Of a stretch of 64,000 nucleotides of DNA, positions 46,038-62,679 are shown piece by piece. The stretch comes from Salpingoeca rosetta (Eukaryota; Protista; Choanoflagellata): positions 2,259,805-2,323,804 of the forward strand of contig JAWQFM010000004.1 of assembly GCA_033442325.1 (NCBI GenBank). Reading direction: 5' to 3'. A program made the position numbers and the translations under genes. Below the pieces are notes generated by a model that saw only the letters and a list, made by a program, of their open reading frames with translations, was not told the DNA's origin and did no database searches. The stretch's first letter is position 1. Every line of letters begins with the position of its first letter.

Positions 46038-47091
46038 CTATCTGTGTGTCTCGCGCGCGTTCCTTTCTCTCCCCTTTGTCTCCGTTTACCTGTGTGTGAA
46101 TACACGTGCAGTCAACACACGTGCGGTGAACACACGTGCGATCAGACGCGCATGATTGCGCACCGTTGTGCATCCACCCGTTCACTCGCGTGCTGTGTCT
46201 CACCCTGTGCTCTATTGTGTTCTTGCATTCGTTTCGACCACACAGCTCTCAATCGGGCAGTGGGCCTTTGACCTGTCCCAGACCACCATCCTGCCAGACT
46301 ATCCAGTCACCCTCAACGGTCCCCTCACATCCCGCTCCTTCACAAACCTCAACCCAGGGCGACGATTCCAGGTTGGTATTGTCAATGTGTGTGTGTGTGT
46401 GTGTGGTGTACGTGTGTATGTCAGTGTGTGTGTATGTGCGTGTGTGTGTATGAGAGTGTGTGTTTGTGTGTATGTGTATGAGTGTGTATGAGTGTGTGTG
46501 TGCCTGTTTGTACATGTGCATCTATGTATACACCCTGATCTTCCCTTATTGCTGTTCTGTTTGCACCCTCACACCAAAACTCATCACTGCCACCACCACC
46601 AACACCACCACTCAAACACCCAACACCGCTCACTCAACAACGATGCAACTGTAGATCATGATCACGCCCATTGACAATGACGGCAACAAGGTTCCGGCGT
46701 CACAGTACGTCGGTGGTGATTCGTCTGGCGACATCTCCACCTACTGCGGCTGCACGACAGCGGACACAACGGGCGCGCCAACCGAGCTGTCCCTAACGCA
46801 ATCCTACGGCAAGGTGCTCTTCGCATGGACAGACCAGAGCTACTGCGAGTCTGGCTTCAGCTTCAACCGCAATGGCGTGGGCCTCTCTGCCAACTACGAT
46901 GTCACCTCGGAGAAGGAGTGCGGTGGTGAGCACAAGCCAACCAATGTCTACGATGATCTTGCTCTGCAAAAGGATGATGTGTATTCATCCATCGACGACA
47001 ACATGTTCTACGCGCTGCCCGAGGGCTCCATCTTTGTTCCCGTCACACTTCCAGCCGGCACCCGCTATGCATACCCCGCCGAGCTCATCGA

Positions 47092-47147
<56 letters not shown>

Positions 47148-50100
47148 TCGTGTGTGATCGTGTGTGATTGAGTGTGTGAGTGTGTGAGTGTGTGCGATAT
47201 GTATGTGTGTGCGATATCTGTGATTTGGTTTTCAGGGTTATGTGCTGTCCGTCTTGCAAATTGCAGCTTCATCTTCCTCCCCCCCCCCCACCCAACACAA
47301 CACACACGCTCACACATATACACGTTTTCACGCACACACACGCAGGGGACCACTTTGCGTCGCCGTCAGTGTCGACGCAAGCAGCTGTGACAACGCACAC
47401 GACAACAACAGCAGCAGAAGCAGTGACCACCTCGACCACAGACGGGAACCTTGACGTCACAACATCCGCCCATTCTTGGACAACACCAGTTGTTGGAGGA
47501 ACGACGCTCGGCGAAAACTACTTTACGCCACCAGCCAACACCGTTCCCACGACAACCACCACACCGCCAGGTGACAGCGACCAAGAAGCCGCAACAACCA
47601 CCACCCCTGCAAATGCCCTGGAGACAGAGTACCTCACAGGCACGTCCACGGTCGTGTTCACTGCGCGCGAGTGTGCTGATCTGTGCATCGAGCGGGCAGA
47701 GTGGTGCATCGCCATCACGGTGCAGGAGCGCACGGACGGTCAACTGGTGTGCCACCAGCTGCGCCTCATCCGCTACACGGGCATGTCCCAGGACGACGTG
47801 TCTGTGCAGACGCTGCGCCGTGTCGATATCACAGGCACGGGTGTTGAGGGCTCCTACATCTTCCAGGGGTCCAAGAGCGATTGCGAAACCGCGTGCTCCA
47901 AGACAGAGGATTGCGTCATGACGATCCTTGACAAGCAGTTTTGCGCAACTGCTAACACGCGTGTGGCCACGATGGTCAACCCCAACACGTACGACCAAGA
48001 CCTGGTCCCCGAGTACTACCGGCGTTACGTCGGCACAGCGCCAGGCCAGCAGCTGAAGTATTGCGTGCTGGCCACCAACCCCATTGACTACTCTGCAAGC
48101 GGATACAGCTCAAAGGAGACGTGCGAGTACCTCACGGTGCAGGTGCGTCGCTCGCATGTTGTACTGCGGTGTGTTGTGCCCTTGAACGTGCTTGCACGGG
48201 TGTGTGTGTGTTTTGTGTGTTTTGTTGTGTTGTGTGTATCATGTGTTCATGTGCATGTATGTATGCACAAGTACGCGTTCGTTGACGATAGCTCTTTCCT
48301 ACCACACACGCACACACACACACACATACACACACGCACAAACACACACACACATACACATACAGTGGGAGGCTGCTGTTCGGGGCCAAGTCACAATTGA
48401 CTCTGAGGAAATTCACCTGCCTGTGGATGGCGTCACCATCGAGTATGAAATCGGTGATGTGAAGGGCACGCGCACAACGGACGCTGACGGCTTCTTTGAA
48501 ATCCACGTCGAGACAAACAAGATCACCCGATCCCACGCAACCGTGACGCTTCGCTTCTTCAAGTCAACTGGTAGTATCCAGCACACCTTCTCTTGCGGCG
48601 GCATGCCCTGTACGGAGACCAAGCTCATTGTTGAACACCTTCGTTTCGACCACCAAGTTGACATCCGTGACACGACTTCCATGCCCTTCTCGGGTCGCGT
48701 GACCATCAAGGGTACAGAGCACCCTGGCTTCCCAGCAGGCTGCCCGCTCAAGGACGTGGAGGTGTGCCTGTACGACCGCAACCAGGGCGACTACGTTGTT
48801 GGCTGCGCCATCACGGACGCCAAAGGTTACTACACAGCACAGGCGGTATTGGGCGCCTCTGTCGGCGTGCGCCTCTCGTTTGGTAACTCCTCGCACACCT
48901 TTGAGCGCGCTGCATACACGGACAACACGCCTAACGCACCCAGTGGGTTCTTCATCCGTCAAGACCCCGTGACAAGCAGAGACGTCAAGACCCCCTACTA
49001 TGACATCACCGAGGAGAAGCTGTGGGAACGCATCAACTTCCAGGACATCACCACCAACGAGGCGACAGTGGATGTGGCGGGCGGCAAGTGCAACCTGGTG
49101 CTGGGGCGCACCACCCTTGAGTTCCGGTACGACAGCTGCCCAACGTGGGTGCGAACAGAGCACACGACGCAGCGCATCTCCAAGTGGACGCTGCCTGCAC
49201 ACCGCATTGCCGTGCGGTTTCAACGGCTCGTGCGCGACGGAAACGTGCGTGAGGAGATTACGCGGTACTTCTCTGCTGCGATTGATGACTCGCGCTCGCT
49301 GTATGTTGAGCTGCAGGACCCAAAGAACACGAACCAGACACTGAAGACCGCCCGGTTTGAGTACCACCCGCCGCCGCAGCTGGGCATCAGGTTCACAGGG
49401 GAGGTGAAGAACAACTGCACGTACAGCGACCACACCCCATACCACGTCATCAAGCAGAACACGCAGTCGCAGGTCACCATCACCGTGACAGAGTACTATG
49501 GTGCTGGCGTGGGCACGTGCGACATTGTGCCCGGCGAAGTTGTGATCACCAACCATCTTGGCGAGTCCCCAGACACTGTCGCTGCGCTCAACGGATCGTC
49601 GTCACTCACCAACACGCAGCTCAACCTCTTGAAAGAGTGCTACTACCCGTGCACAAGGCACGTCATCATGGACACCACGTCCACGGCAAAGGGTGACGTG
49701 CTTTCCAACTCGCGCGTGGAGCTGGTTGTGCTCACGGGATCGCCGGAACTCAACGCACAGGTCCTGGACAGCGAGCACCCGTACACCAAGCTCTTCAGCG
49801 CCACCATGCACAACAAGCCATACGACCCCGTCACGGACGTGGTGCGCGTTGTCGTGACGGGTGACGTTGCGCTGAAGCCACTGGCATCCATCCCCTTCCC
49901 GCGCTACAAACCGCTGTTGGTGGTGCAGGACCCGCCTGGTGGCCTGTCCTCTGCTGCGTACTCCAATGTGTACGCCAACTACAAGATGGAGAGCGACACG
50001 TACGACGAGTATGGTGGGTTCTTCCTTGGGCTTGAAGTGACGCCCTTCAAGGTGGACGCCACACTCGACTTGTGTGTGGGTCTCGGTGCTGCCAACTGCA

Positions 50101-51612
50101 TCAACCTCGTCACAGCAAAGTCCTCGCCAGTCACCATCATGGCCGAGACAACGAACCTGTTTGGCACCAAGGATGCGGATGACAACGAGGAGACGGGGAA
50201 GGTGTGGTCGTTTGAGATTGATGTGGCCACGAGCGAGGCTGCGGTGCTGGCTGGTGAGCGCTCCGACATGTTCCTTGTGCCGGCTCTCAACGTGGTGTTC
50301 CTGGACACGTACACCATCTCCTTCGACAAGGCCACGTGCGGCGCGTCAAAGTCGAAGCGAACCAAGTGGTCGCTGGCGTCCAAGGAGAACAGGGAGGTCA
50401 TGTCCTGGCTGTCGGCATACGAGATTGAGACGAAGGAGCTGCCAGACCTGCGTGCACGCCTGGCCAACACGGCCAACAACGACACGGCCGAGCAGAAGGC
50501 GGAGCTGCGCAACGCAATCACGGCCTGGGAGAACAACCTCAAGCGCAACAAGGACGTGCGGGCGATGGCTGGTGCAGGCTCGCTCAAGTCTGTGCAGTCG
50601 CTGTGGGCGACAGATGACTTTGATCACGCCGACGCAGACAACATTGACGGGGGAATGGGCAAGGGTATTGCGCTTGCACCGCACAAGCTCATTGAGCAGG
50701 CGAAACAGCTCTCTGGTGCGACAGCAACGGAGCAGCAGCAGACTTCTCTCAAGGCCATCAACACGATCAAGTTTTCCGGAGGTGTTGTTGTTGTTGTTTA
50801 AGTTGTTGTTTTGCAGTTGTTGTTGGTTGTTGTGACTACTAATCGCGTCACTGCCTATCAATGCACGCGCACATGCGTGTGTGTGTGTATGTGGTGCGTT
50901 GTGTGTTGTGTGTGTGTGTGTGTTTGCTTGTCTATGTGTGACTATAACAGCGGCGGATTGCCTAGAAATCAATCTACTTCGCGCGCGTGAACCTCCAACT
51001 CGTGCACACTCGAGCAAGTCTAGCACCCACACAATCTTCCTCACCCCCGCATGTCGTGTACACTTTGTCTTGTGTCTGCTGTCTTCGTGTGTACAGGCGG
51101 GTCAACCTACACGTTTGCATACGACACAAGCTTGGACAAGTCTGCGACGTCCGGCACCATGCGGGAACACGAATTCAAAGGTGGCGCTGCTATTTCACAC
51201 GAGTTCACGGGCTCTGGTATTGGCACCGAGTTCAAGATCACTCCCCTTGGCATTGGCAAGTGGGAGGCATCCTCCGAAGACCAGGAGGGCTATCAGCTCG
51301 AGGAGCACGTCGAATTCACGGTGTGTACACGTGTGTGTGTGTGTGTGTGTGTATGTGGGTGGTGTGTGTGTGTTTGGATGTGTGTGTTTGGATGGGTGTG
51401 TCTGTGGATGGGTGTGTCTGTGGGTGTGTTTGGATGCGTGTGTCTGTGTGTGCTTAGTCAGCCATCTCTTGCTGCAACATCTTCTCCTCTCCTCTCCTCT
51501 CCTCTCCTCTTCTCCTGCATCGTCACGACAGGCCACCTGCTCACCTCCATCCCACCCCGCCGCCACCACCACCACCACCACCACCACCACCACCACCACC
51601 ACCACCACCACC

Positions 51613-51658
<46 letters not shown>

Positions 51659-51660
51659 CT

Positions 51661-51700
<40 letters not shown>

Positions 51701-54168
51701 CTTAAACAACAACTTAAACAACAACTTAAACAACAACTTAAACAACAACTGCCCCCGCCGGCATTAGCTTGGAGACGATGACCCGTTTGATGTGTTCGAC
51801 GTGGAAGTGTTCAAGCACCCCGACTTCAACACGCTCGTGTTCCACACGGCCTCTGGCCAGTCGTCATGCCCACACGAGGAAAACACGCTTGAGCTTGAAA
51901 AGCCAGGCATCTCCGTGCTCGAAGCGCCATCTGCACCCGTACTGCCTGACGAACCGGCCGTGTTCCGCCTGCTGCTGAGCAATGACGGCGACTACACGAC
52001 GTACATGCAGTTGTACGCCGTCAACGGCCAAAACCAGGACGGCCTGGAGATTAGCGTTGACGGGCGCTCGCTCGTGGCACCCATCGACTACGTTGGCTTT
52101 GCGCCTGGCGCGACGCAGATCACCGTGATTATGAGGCGCGGGCCCAAGGTGTTCAAGTACGACCCGGTAGACCTCTGGTTCTCATCGCTGTGCGAGCAGG
52201 AACGGCTGGCAGACACGGGCTACCTGAGCGACGAGGCCGTGGCCCAGAAGCGCGTGACACTGCAAGTGGAGTTCCTGCAGCCGTGTTCACCGGTACAGCT
52301 GGTCGGCGCCATTGGCGAGGCGGGCACGTTTGTAGTCAACGCTGCGACGGACCAAGCAACTTCGGGCACCACAGACGAGACGAACCTACACCCTGGTGAG
52401 CTGCGCCTGGTGGCATTCAACCCGGACCACTCGAAACGCACGTGGCAGGAGGATGATCGCCTCAAAGGCGTCATTGTTGAGTACAAGCGGCACATTGACG
52501 GCGACACGGCGTGGATGCCTGCCCGCGACAAATCAGGCAACACGCTTGAGATCAGCGGCCAGGCCAACGAGTACGGCTATGTGACGGTGTGGTGGGACGT
52601 GAGCGGGTTGCTGGAGGGAGAGCATGACCTTCGCATCAGGGCGCGCTGCGAAAAGTCCATCAACCAGGTGCCGGATGGCATTGATGAGCAGTACTCGCAG
52701 GTGGCGTTTGGGGTGGTGGACAGGACACCACCGCGCGTGCTGGGCACCCCTGAGCCCGCAGACGGCGAGTACAAGCCTGGTGACATGATTTCGTTTGAGT
52801 TTGATGAGGCCATCCAGTGCTCCAAGCCGTTCCAGTTTGAGGTGCGCATGGAGGTTGACGGCTTGGACCGCGTGTTTGACAACAGCAACATGGTGATTGT
52901 GTGCGAGGGCCGCAAAATCGCCATGTCGCTTCGCCGCGGGTTCACCTGGGACGACGTCAACGCAAAATCTGCACAGCTCGCACTGGGCATGGTCACCGAC
53001 AAGTACGGCAACGCGGTGCAGCAGAACATCATGTTGTTCTTCACCTTTGCCACGCTGTCCCTGCACGACGCCACCGCACACGTGTCCGGCCTGAAGCTGA
53101 AGACGGCGTTTGACCGCGCCTTCTACAACACGTCGTCGCCTCTGTACAAGGCAACGGCAAACAAGGTGCGCAGCGACATTGCGCACGCACTTGGCATCAA
53201 CCCCTCCCGCGTCATGGTGGTTGGCCTGTCGCCCGTGGACAGCATTGAGTTTGACCGCGGCACGCACGTCGACATCAACTTCCTCCCCGCGTCGGCCAAC
53301 ACTTCATTCCCCGCAGGTGCACCGGCTCTCAATGCGCGGCGAAGAGAGACAACGGCAATAGAGCAGACACCTTCAGCACTGGCCACGATGCTTGAGATGG
53401 TGGTTGCTCGCCCTGATGCTGCTGGTCTGGAGGAGAGTAATGTGCTGCTGCAGCTGACGGCTGACTCACGCGTGGACACGGAGCTCACAGCAGCAGCCAT
53501 GTACAACACCACCACCACGCCGTTTTCCGTCACCTTTGAAGGGTCCACGTCCTCCGACACGCCCCACGAGATCAAAGTTCCAGTTTGTAAGTTTGTGGTG
53601 TCATGGGTGTGGGTGCTCTGTGTGTGTGTGTGGGGGGGGGGGTTGCGAGTGTGTGTGTGGTTGCGCGTGTGATGCGTGATTGTGTGTGTGTGGGGGGGGG
53701 GGTTGCGAGTGTTTGTGGGTGGTCTGTAATTGTGTGTGTGCGGTGTGTGAGTTTGTGATATGTGCACAGACACGCGATTGAATGTGGAAATGCTTGTGCA
53801 CGTGTGATTGTTGCGGCTGCCACTCACCCTCTCTGCTTGCCACTACCCCGTGATGTTTCCAACACACACACACACATACCACAGACTTTACTCTGGCGCT
53901 GCTGTTTGTGATCCTGGGCGTGCAGGTTGTCACGTGCCTCCGTGTTGGTGGCGGTACGGGCCGAAGGTCCTACAAGATGCCGGGGTCCTTCCGCGTGTCG
54001 CCGGAGCATCGTCCCATGTCTCATATGAGCGGACTCAGCGCAGCCACCACACTTGAGGAGAGGGGTACACATGTTCATGAGACGGCGGTGGATGTCGACC
54101 CCCACGCCGATCATCCTGGCAGCAGCTTTGAAGAGAATCCACGTTCCCTCGGCACCACAAATGCCTGA
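42634..54168 (+). CDS. Large type I membrane protein: signal peptide, dermatopontin, 6-Cys sushi, cbEGF, FN3 x2, PAN-like, bacterial-type beta-rich core with Ig-like domain, SEA-like, TM, short tail
   Basis: 18 phase-compatible exons, including 42634-42729, 43056-43121, 43300-43432, 43609-43647, 45224-45478, 46655-47093, 47346-48142, 48366-50781, 51097-51320, 51768-53586 and 53885-54168. Canonical DERM triplet NNFDQPLSYNCPSGQGISQIYSYHDNGKEDRRWGFEC / SYHDNGPEDRRWKFRC / SVHDNGPEDRVWQVYQC. EGF DINEC...CVNDAGTFHCDC. TM YFTLALLFVILGVQVVTCL. Confidence 0.85.
51563..51750. repeat. (CAC)n then (AAC)n/TTA compound repeat just upstream of a 3' splice site
   Basis: Directly visible; the acceptor AG is at 51766-51767. 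Confidence 0.93.
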
Positions 54169-54192
54169 TCAAGCCCCTGTGTGTGTGTCTGT

Positions 54193-54226
<34 letters not shown>

Positions 54227-54586
54227 CTGTGTGTGTCTGTGTGCCTGTGTGTGTGTGTGTGTCTGTGTGTGTGTGTGTGTCTGTGCGTGTGTGTTACGTG
54301 TGTTGTGCTCATGTGTGTGCGTGTGTGCGTGTGTTTGGCCCGTTTACTACACTCAATGTTGGCATGGTTCACGTACCTCTTTCGCTTCCCAAGCGTGTGA
54401 CCATCAATTTCCTTCGTTGTGTTATCACAAAAGTCTCGCCTTTCCTCAGCCTCATCTTGAGCGAGGAGTACATCGGTGAATGCACATGCTGTTCCAGTCT
54501 TGTTACCGCTCAATAGAACAGCCAAGCCTCTCATCGCACACGACATGTGACCATGTGTGTGCCCGTCTGTCTGTATGACCGTGGTC

Positions 54587-54678
<92 letters not shown>

Positions 54679-54972
54679 GTGTGTGTGTGTGTCTGGTAGA
54701 GTTGTCTTGTAATCTTGTTTCATCGTGGAGATGATGCCATGTGGCTGTGCTTCACCATCAAGTCAACACACTGTGCTGTTTAATGGGGGTTGGAAAACCG
54801 GGATGCTGGTGGCGATACAGAACAAACGCACAAGAAAAGGCTGACATCACGCAACGAAGACAGATTGGAGGTGTAACACGCCATGTTGTTCACGCAACGC
54901 ACGACGCACGACTCACAGTGCATACAAGCATGTGTCCGTGTGTCTGTGTGAGTGTTTTGTGCGTGCATGTGT

Positions 54973-55335
54973 TCAGAGTGCGTACTCCTTGAGCAGCTTG
55001 CCTGCAATCACCAGGCGCTGGATCTCGCTTGTGCCCTCGTAGATCTCCGTGATGCGCGCATCGCGGTAGTGCCGTTCGGCCGGCATGTCCGTCACAAACC
55101 CCATCCCTGGTGGATGGCATGTGCGTGTGTGTACGTGTGAGGATGACGTTTGTCTGTGTGTGTGTGTGTGTTGTGCATTCAAGACGGCAGTGGCAACCCA
55201 CACTTCACGCACGCACACACGCACGCACGCACACACTCACAACACAACAAGCACACACACACAAAAAAAAACACGCACACACACACACACACGAAACACA
55301 GGCATGCACACACGCACACACACAACACAACACAC

Positions 55336-55394
<59 letters not shown>

Positions 55395-55630
55395 CCACTG
55401 CGCCCACCTCCGAGGATCTGGATGGCCTGGTGGGCGATGAACGTCGCTGCCTCCGACGCCGCCAGCTTGGCCATCGCGGCCTCCTTCGTAAAGTCCCGGC
55501 CCTCGTCCTTGTAGACTGCCGCCTTGTGTGTCAGCAGTCGAGCTGACTCCAGACGTGTGCCCATGTCAGCCAGCTTCTCCGCAATCATCTGGTGGCTCGA
55601 AAGCGGGCGCCCCATGCTCTTGCGTTGCTG

Positions 55631-55714
<84 letters not shown>

Positions 55715-56594
55715 GCGATCAAGCGTGACAAACTCCGGCATGTTAAGCACATGATTATGTCTCTTCTCAACCCCCCCCCCCAACCACGATGTCCACTGCG
55801 CACCTGTGCATACTCGATGGCGCACTCAAAGGCGGCCTGGCCAATGCCCAGCGCCTGCGCAGCGATACCAATCCGGCCACCATCAAGCGTCGCTGGTGGT
55901 GATGGTGGTGATGTGGTGAGACTTCAGTCATGTCATCAAAGTGAATACGAACACACACACACACACATACATGCACACACACACACACATACATGCACAC
56001 ATACACACACACACATATACATGCACACACATCACATACATACACACACACATCACACACATACGCACACGATCAACAGGGCCACCGCGATGGCGTGTGT
56101 GCAGCGTACCCATTGCAATCTTGAAGCCCTGGCCGCTGCTGCCGAGGAGATTCTCCTTTGGAATGCGGCACTCCTCAAAGATCAGGTTGCACGTGCTCGA
56201 CGCGCGGATGCCGAGCTGATGGTGGTGGTGGTGATGGTAGGCAGTGCGAGAGAGTGGATGTTGTGGTGATGGTAGGAGGGAGTGGTGATTACAGGCAAGA
56301 AATGCGTGTATGTGTGTCTGTGTGTCTGTGTGTGTGTATCTGCGTGCATCTGCGTGTGTGTGTGTGTGTGTGTGTATCTGCGTGCATCTGTGTGTGTGTG
56401 TGTGTGTGTGTATCTGTGTGTGTGTGTGTGTGTGTGTCTGTGTGTGTGTGTGTGTCTGTGTGTGTGTGTCTGTGCGGCCATCTATCATGGTGCATCCAAC
56501 TTTTCAAGTTGCAACAGCACTGCACCTTATCCTCCTTCTTGCCGAGCGTGAGCCCCTCCGTCGGTTTTGGCACCAGGAACGCGCTGATGCCCTG

Positions 56595-56684
<90 letters not shown>

Positions 56685-58746
56685 AATACGTGTCAATACG
56701 TGTCAACACGTGTCAATTTGAGTGAGACAGTGTGTGCGTGTGAGCGAAACAATGACAGACAAGCAATTCCCCACCCCCTGCGCACGCACAGACACACAGA
56801 CACGCGCAACAATTTCTGCGTGCGGCCGAGACCTTGTGCTTGAGGGATTTGTCCGTTGTGGCGAAGACGACAGCAGCATCCGCCTCGTAACCTTACACGC
56901 ACACACACACACATACACACACATACACACACACATACACACACACATACACACACATACACACACATACACACACGTACACATACACACGATGTGCGGC
57001 CACGATGGGATCACGGCGCAACGAGTCGGTGAGCTTTGCGTGCTGTCGACAGCGCACCCGGCCATGCATCCACGCAGGAGAGTTTGCACTGACAGCGCTT
57101 GCGCGACAAGTGTACGACCGCACAGCCAGGGAACGCAACAAGTCGGGAGGGAACGCGACAAGACCACACGTCACGACAACGACAACGACAGTGACAGCAA
57201 CAGCGTACCGTTGGTGATCCAGGACTTGGTTCCATTCAGCACCCTGATCGGAACAACACGATGCGAAGGTGAGGAGGAAGCATAGCACACATACACACAC
57301 ACACACACATACACACACACAACGCAGCAAAGCAGCAAAGCAGCAAAGCAGCAAAGCAGCAAAGCAGCAAAGCAGCAAAGCAGCAAAGCAGCAAAGCAGC
57401 AAAGCAGCAAGCAGGGACGTCTGACCAGTGGTCGCCTTCGTCGCGGGCAGTCGTGGACGCAGCGCCAGCATCACTGCAAAACACACACACACAGACACAC
57501 AAACACGCACACACGCACATACATACACACACGCACAGATACAACCAAGAGCAGTGATGAGTTGAGACACAAGGCTTCAAGGTGACATGATGGTGATTCA
57601 TTCGCCAACGACAAGCAATTTCAATTGCAAATTGCAATTGCAATGGCAAGGAAGCAAGCAAAGGCTGTGTTCGCAGTTGCCGTCGCTTGACACATGAACA
57701 CGCACGCACCTTCCGTTGCCAGGCTCGCTCAGAGCAAAGCAGCCGAGCTTCTCACCTATCCACGCACGCGCAAGCACGCACAACACACGACAGAACCAGA
57801 TGAGGTGAGTGGTCGAGTATGAACGCGCCAACGCACACAAAGAGAGGTGGTACTACACCTACGCAAGCAGGGCAACAAACTCAAACAATGACCAGCGCCA
57901 CACATGTCACAACGCACCGGCAGTGAAGGGCTTGAGCCATGTTTCATACTGCTCCTCGCTGCCATACTTGAGCACGGGGCTGCTGTACAGGCTCTGCAAA
58001 GCAGAGAAGCGCGAACAAGCACGGGCAAAAAGCGTAAGAGCACGATGGCGTCGTTGCCTGCAAGCAGGCAAACCACAAAACCACAAGTTACAGACCAGCC
58101 GCCTTTCACGACAGTTGATGCGTCAATCATTTGCAATGACTCACGTTGTTGACGGACATGATGACGCCGGCGGAGGCACAGCCGCGGGAAATCTCCTCCA
58201 ATGCGACGGCATATGCCAGTGCATCCAGGCCGCTGCCGCCATATTCCGTCGGCACCTCGATGCTCATCAACCCAAGCGACGCCATCTCTTGAACCTGCAA
58301 GTATGTGATGGGCGGGTGAAACGTGAGATAGTGAAGAGGAGATATCGAGAGACCGATGAGGTGAAGAGAGACAGGGAGAAAGGAGGAGGAGGAGGAGGAG
58401 TGATGCTCGTGGCTTTGAAGTGTCGGTGGCAAGCGGTGGCATGTGTGACGGCGAACTGAACAACCCCCGGTTCCTCTTCCTCTCACCGCATCGGCGGGGA
58501 ACGTGTGGTTCTTGTCCCACTCTGGGGCGCCTTTGACAAGCACGGCATCGGCAAAGTCGCGGCAGGTCTTTTGCAGCATCTCGTGCTCACTGCTGAGCGT
58601 GAATGCACGCACGCATTGCCTACATTGACAAGTCATGAACCACAAACATCACCACAACGCAAGATGTCAGGATTGATCCACGCTGAAAAGCGGAAACAAG
58701 CACCTGCAGTCTGATCCCAGTATGTGCGCAGATGCGCATGTGTGCG

Positions 58747-58796
<50 letters not shown>

Positions 58797-58870
58797 TGTG
58801 TGTGTGTGAACGCCAATCGACCTCACTTGAGCACTGAGGCGGTGCGCCCGCGAACACTGGAAGACAGCAT
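54973..58870 (-). CDS. ACADS: Mitochondrial short-chain acyl-CoA dehydrogenase
   Basis: Transit-like [15 protein letters not shown]. Exons [112 protein letters not shown] and [25 protein letters not shown]. Confidence 0.93.
57323..57410. repeat. (AAAGCAGC)n octamer repeat in an ACADS intron
   Basis: Tandem GCAGCAAA units. Confidence 0.93.
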
Positions 58871-59577
58871 TGCTGGTTGTTGGTTGATTTGTTTGTCTTG
58901 GCTGGCTGTAAGGGTTGTGGAGAAATAGCTCAAGATTTCATGCAACTTTCGGCAGCACAGTGGCTATGGTTGTTGTTTGCGTGTTGTTTGTTTCTGTCTT
59001 TGTGTTGTTCTGTCTTTGTGTTCTTGTGTTGTCTCTGTCTGCCTTCTTGCTTGTCTGTTGTGTTGCTGAGTGAGTGTTTGTCACCCATCACACACACACA
59101 CACAACCCCATATGCGCAGCAAAGCACAGCTTTTATCGAAGAATGCCAATGGTAACACGGGCAATGAATGGGAAGCAAAGTGGCGCGAACACTGGCGAGG
59201 AAAGGGAAGTAAACTGCAAACGGCAAACGGCTGGCATATAACCGAGATCCAGCCAACAATGGAGGCGAGCAAGAGTTAAGACATGCTCGTCACCAGCGAA
59301 GCTTCAAGGGGCTTTAAGAACGAACTACATCTGCGAAACGAGCGAAGGGTAAAATCACGAGACCCAAACTGACGCAACAACAATACTATGAAAATAACGT
59401 GTGATGTTGTGACATGACAGCATGCGAATGCAACAAACAACAACAAGCAACACACTGGAACTTGACAACACAAAGCCGCGAGTGCGACATCGCAACATGA
59501 TCAACAAGTCGCGTCAAGAACAGAGATAACGCAAGCCATTCACAGGTCGTGTAAGGACAACTGAAAAGACGCTGCTA

Positions 59578-59636
<59 letters not shown>

Positions 59637-59817
59637 ACGACAGTGTGTGTGTGCGTACGACAATGTATGGCTGCAGGAATCAAACAAGGGAACAAGGCCG
59701 CGGAGAAGTCGAGGAGGAACAACGACGCAGTCTATGTGCAGGTGTGTCTGTGTGCGCATGTGTGTGGGACCGACAAGAGGTGACAGCGGGCATTGCACCC
59801 ATATCTGACTGACCAAG

Positions 59818-62289
<2,472 letters not shown>

Positions 62290-62679
62290 AGAGTTGATGT
62301 ATCTGAGCTTTCTTGAGTCGTCTTGGATCAAGGAGAGTAGGGTGGAAATATAAGGCAGTTCGACGTGCTGACAAGCAAGTTATGAACAGCAGACGTCGGT
62401 TGTCTCACGAAGCAAGGCCGATCAAAGCCCGCTTCTTCCTCACGGCACAGGCAAAGTCACAAACGAAACAAATCCGTGTGGGAGGGAGAGAGAGAAGGTT
62501 CGTGTTGCTTGTTGTTTGTGGTTGCGTCGTTCGGGTGCAGAACGAACGAATGTGCATTGTCGCACTGTCTGTTGTGTGTTGGTCGTGCGTTCGTTCCTTC
62601 TTCTTCAAATCAAGGCTTGACTATTTACGGAAGATATCAGCAAATCGCCAACACTTGCTATGATCCTAATTCTAGGACG

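Noticed and set aside
48413-53827. Long antisense ORFs opposite real exons (also around 5071-6597, 9768-11253, 25406-29077 and 29937-31580)
   Set aside because: Shadow ORFs caused by GC-rich codon bias; they show no recognisable motifs.
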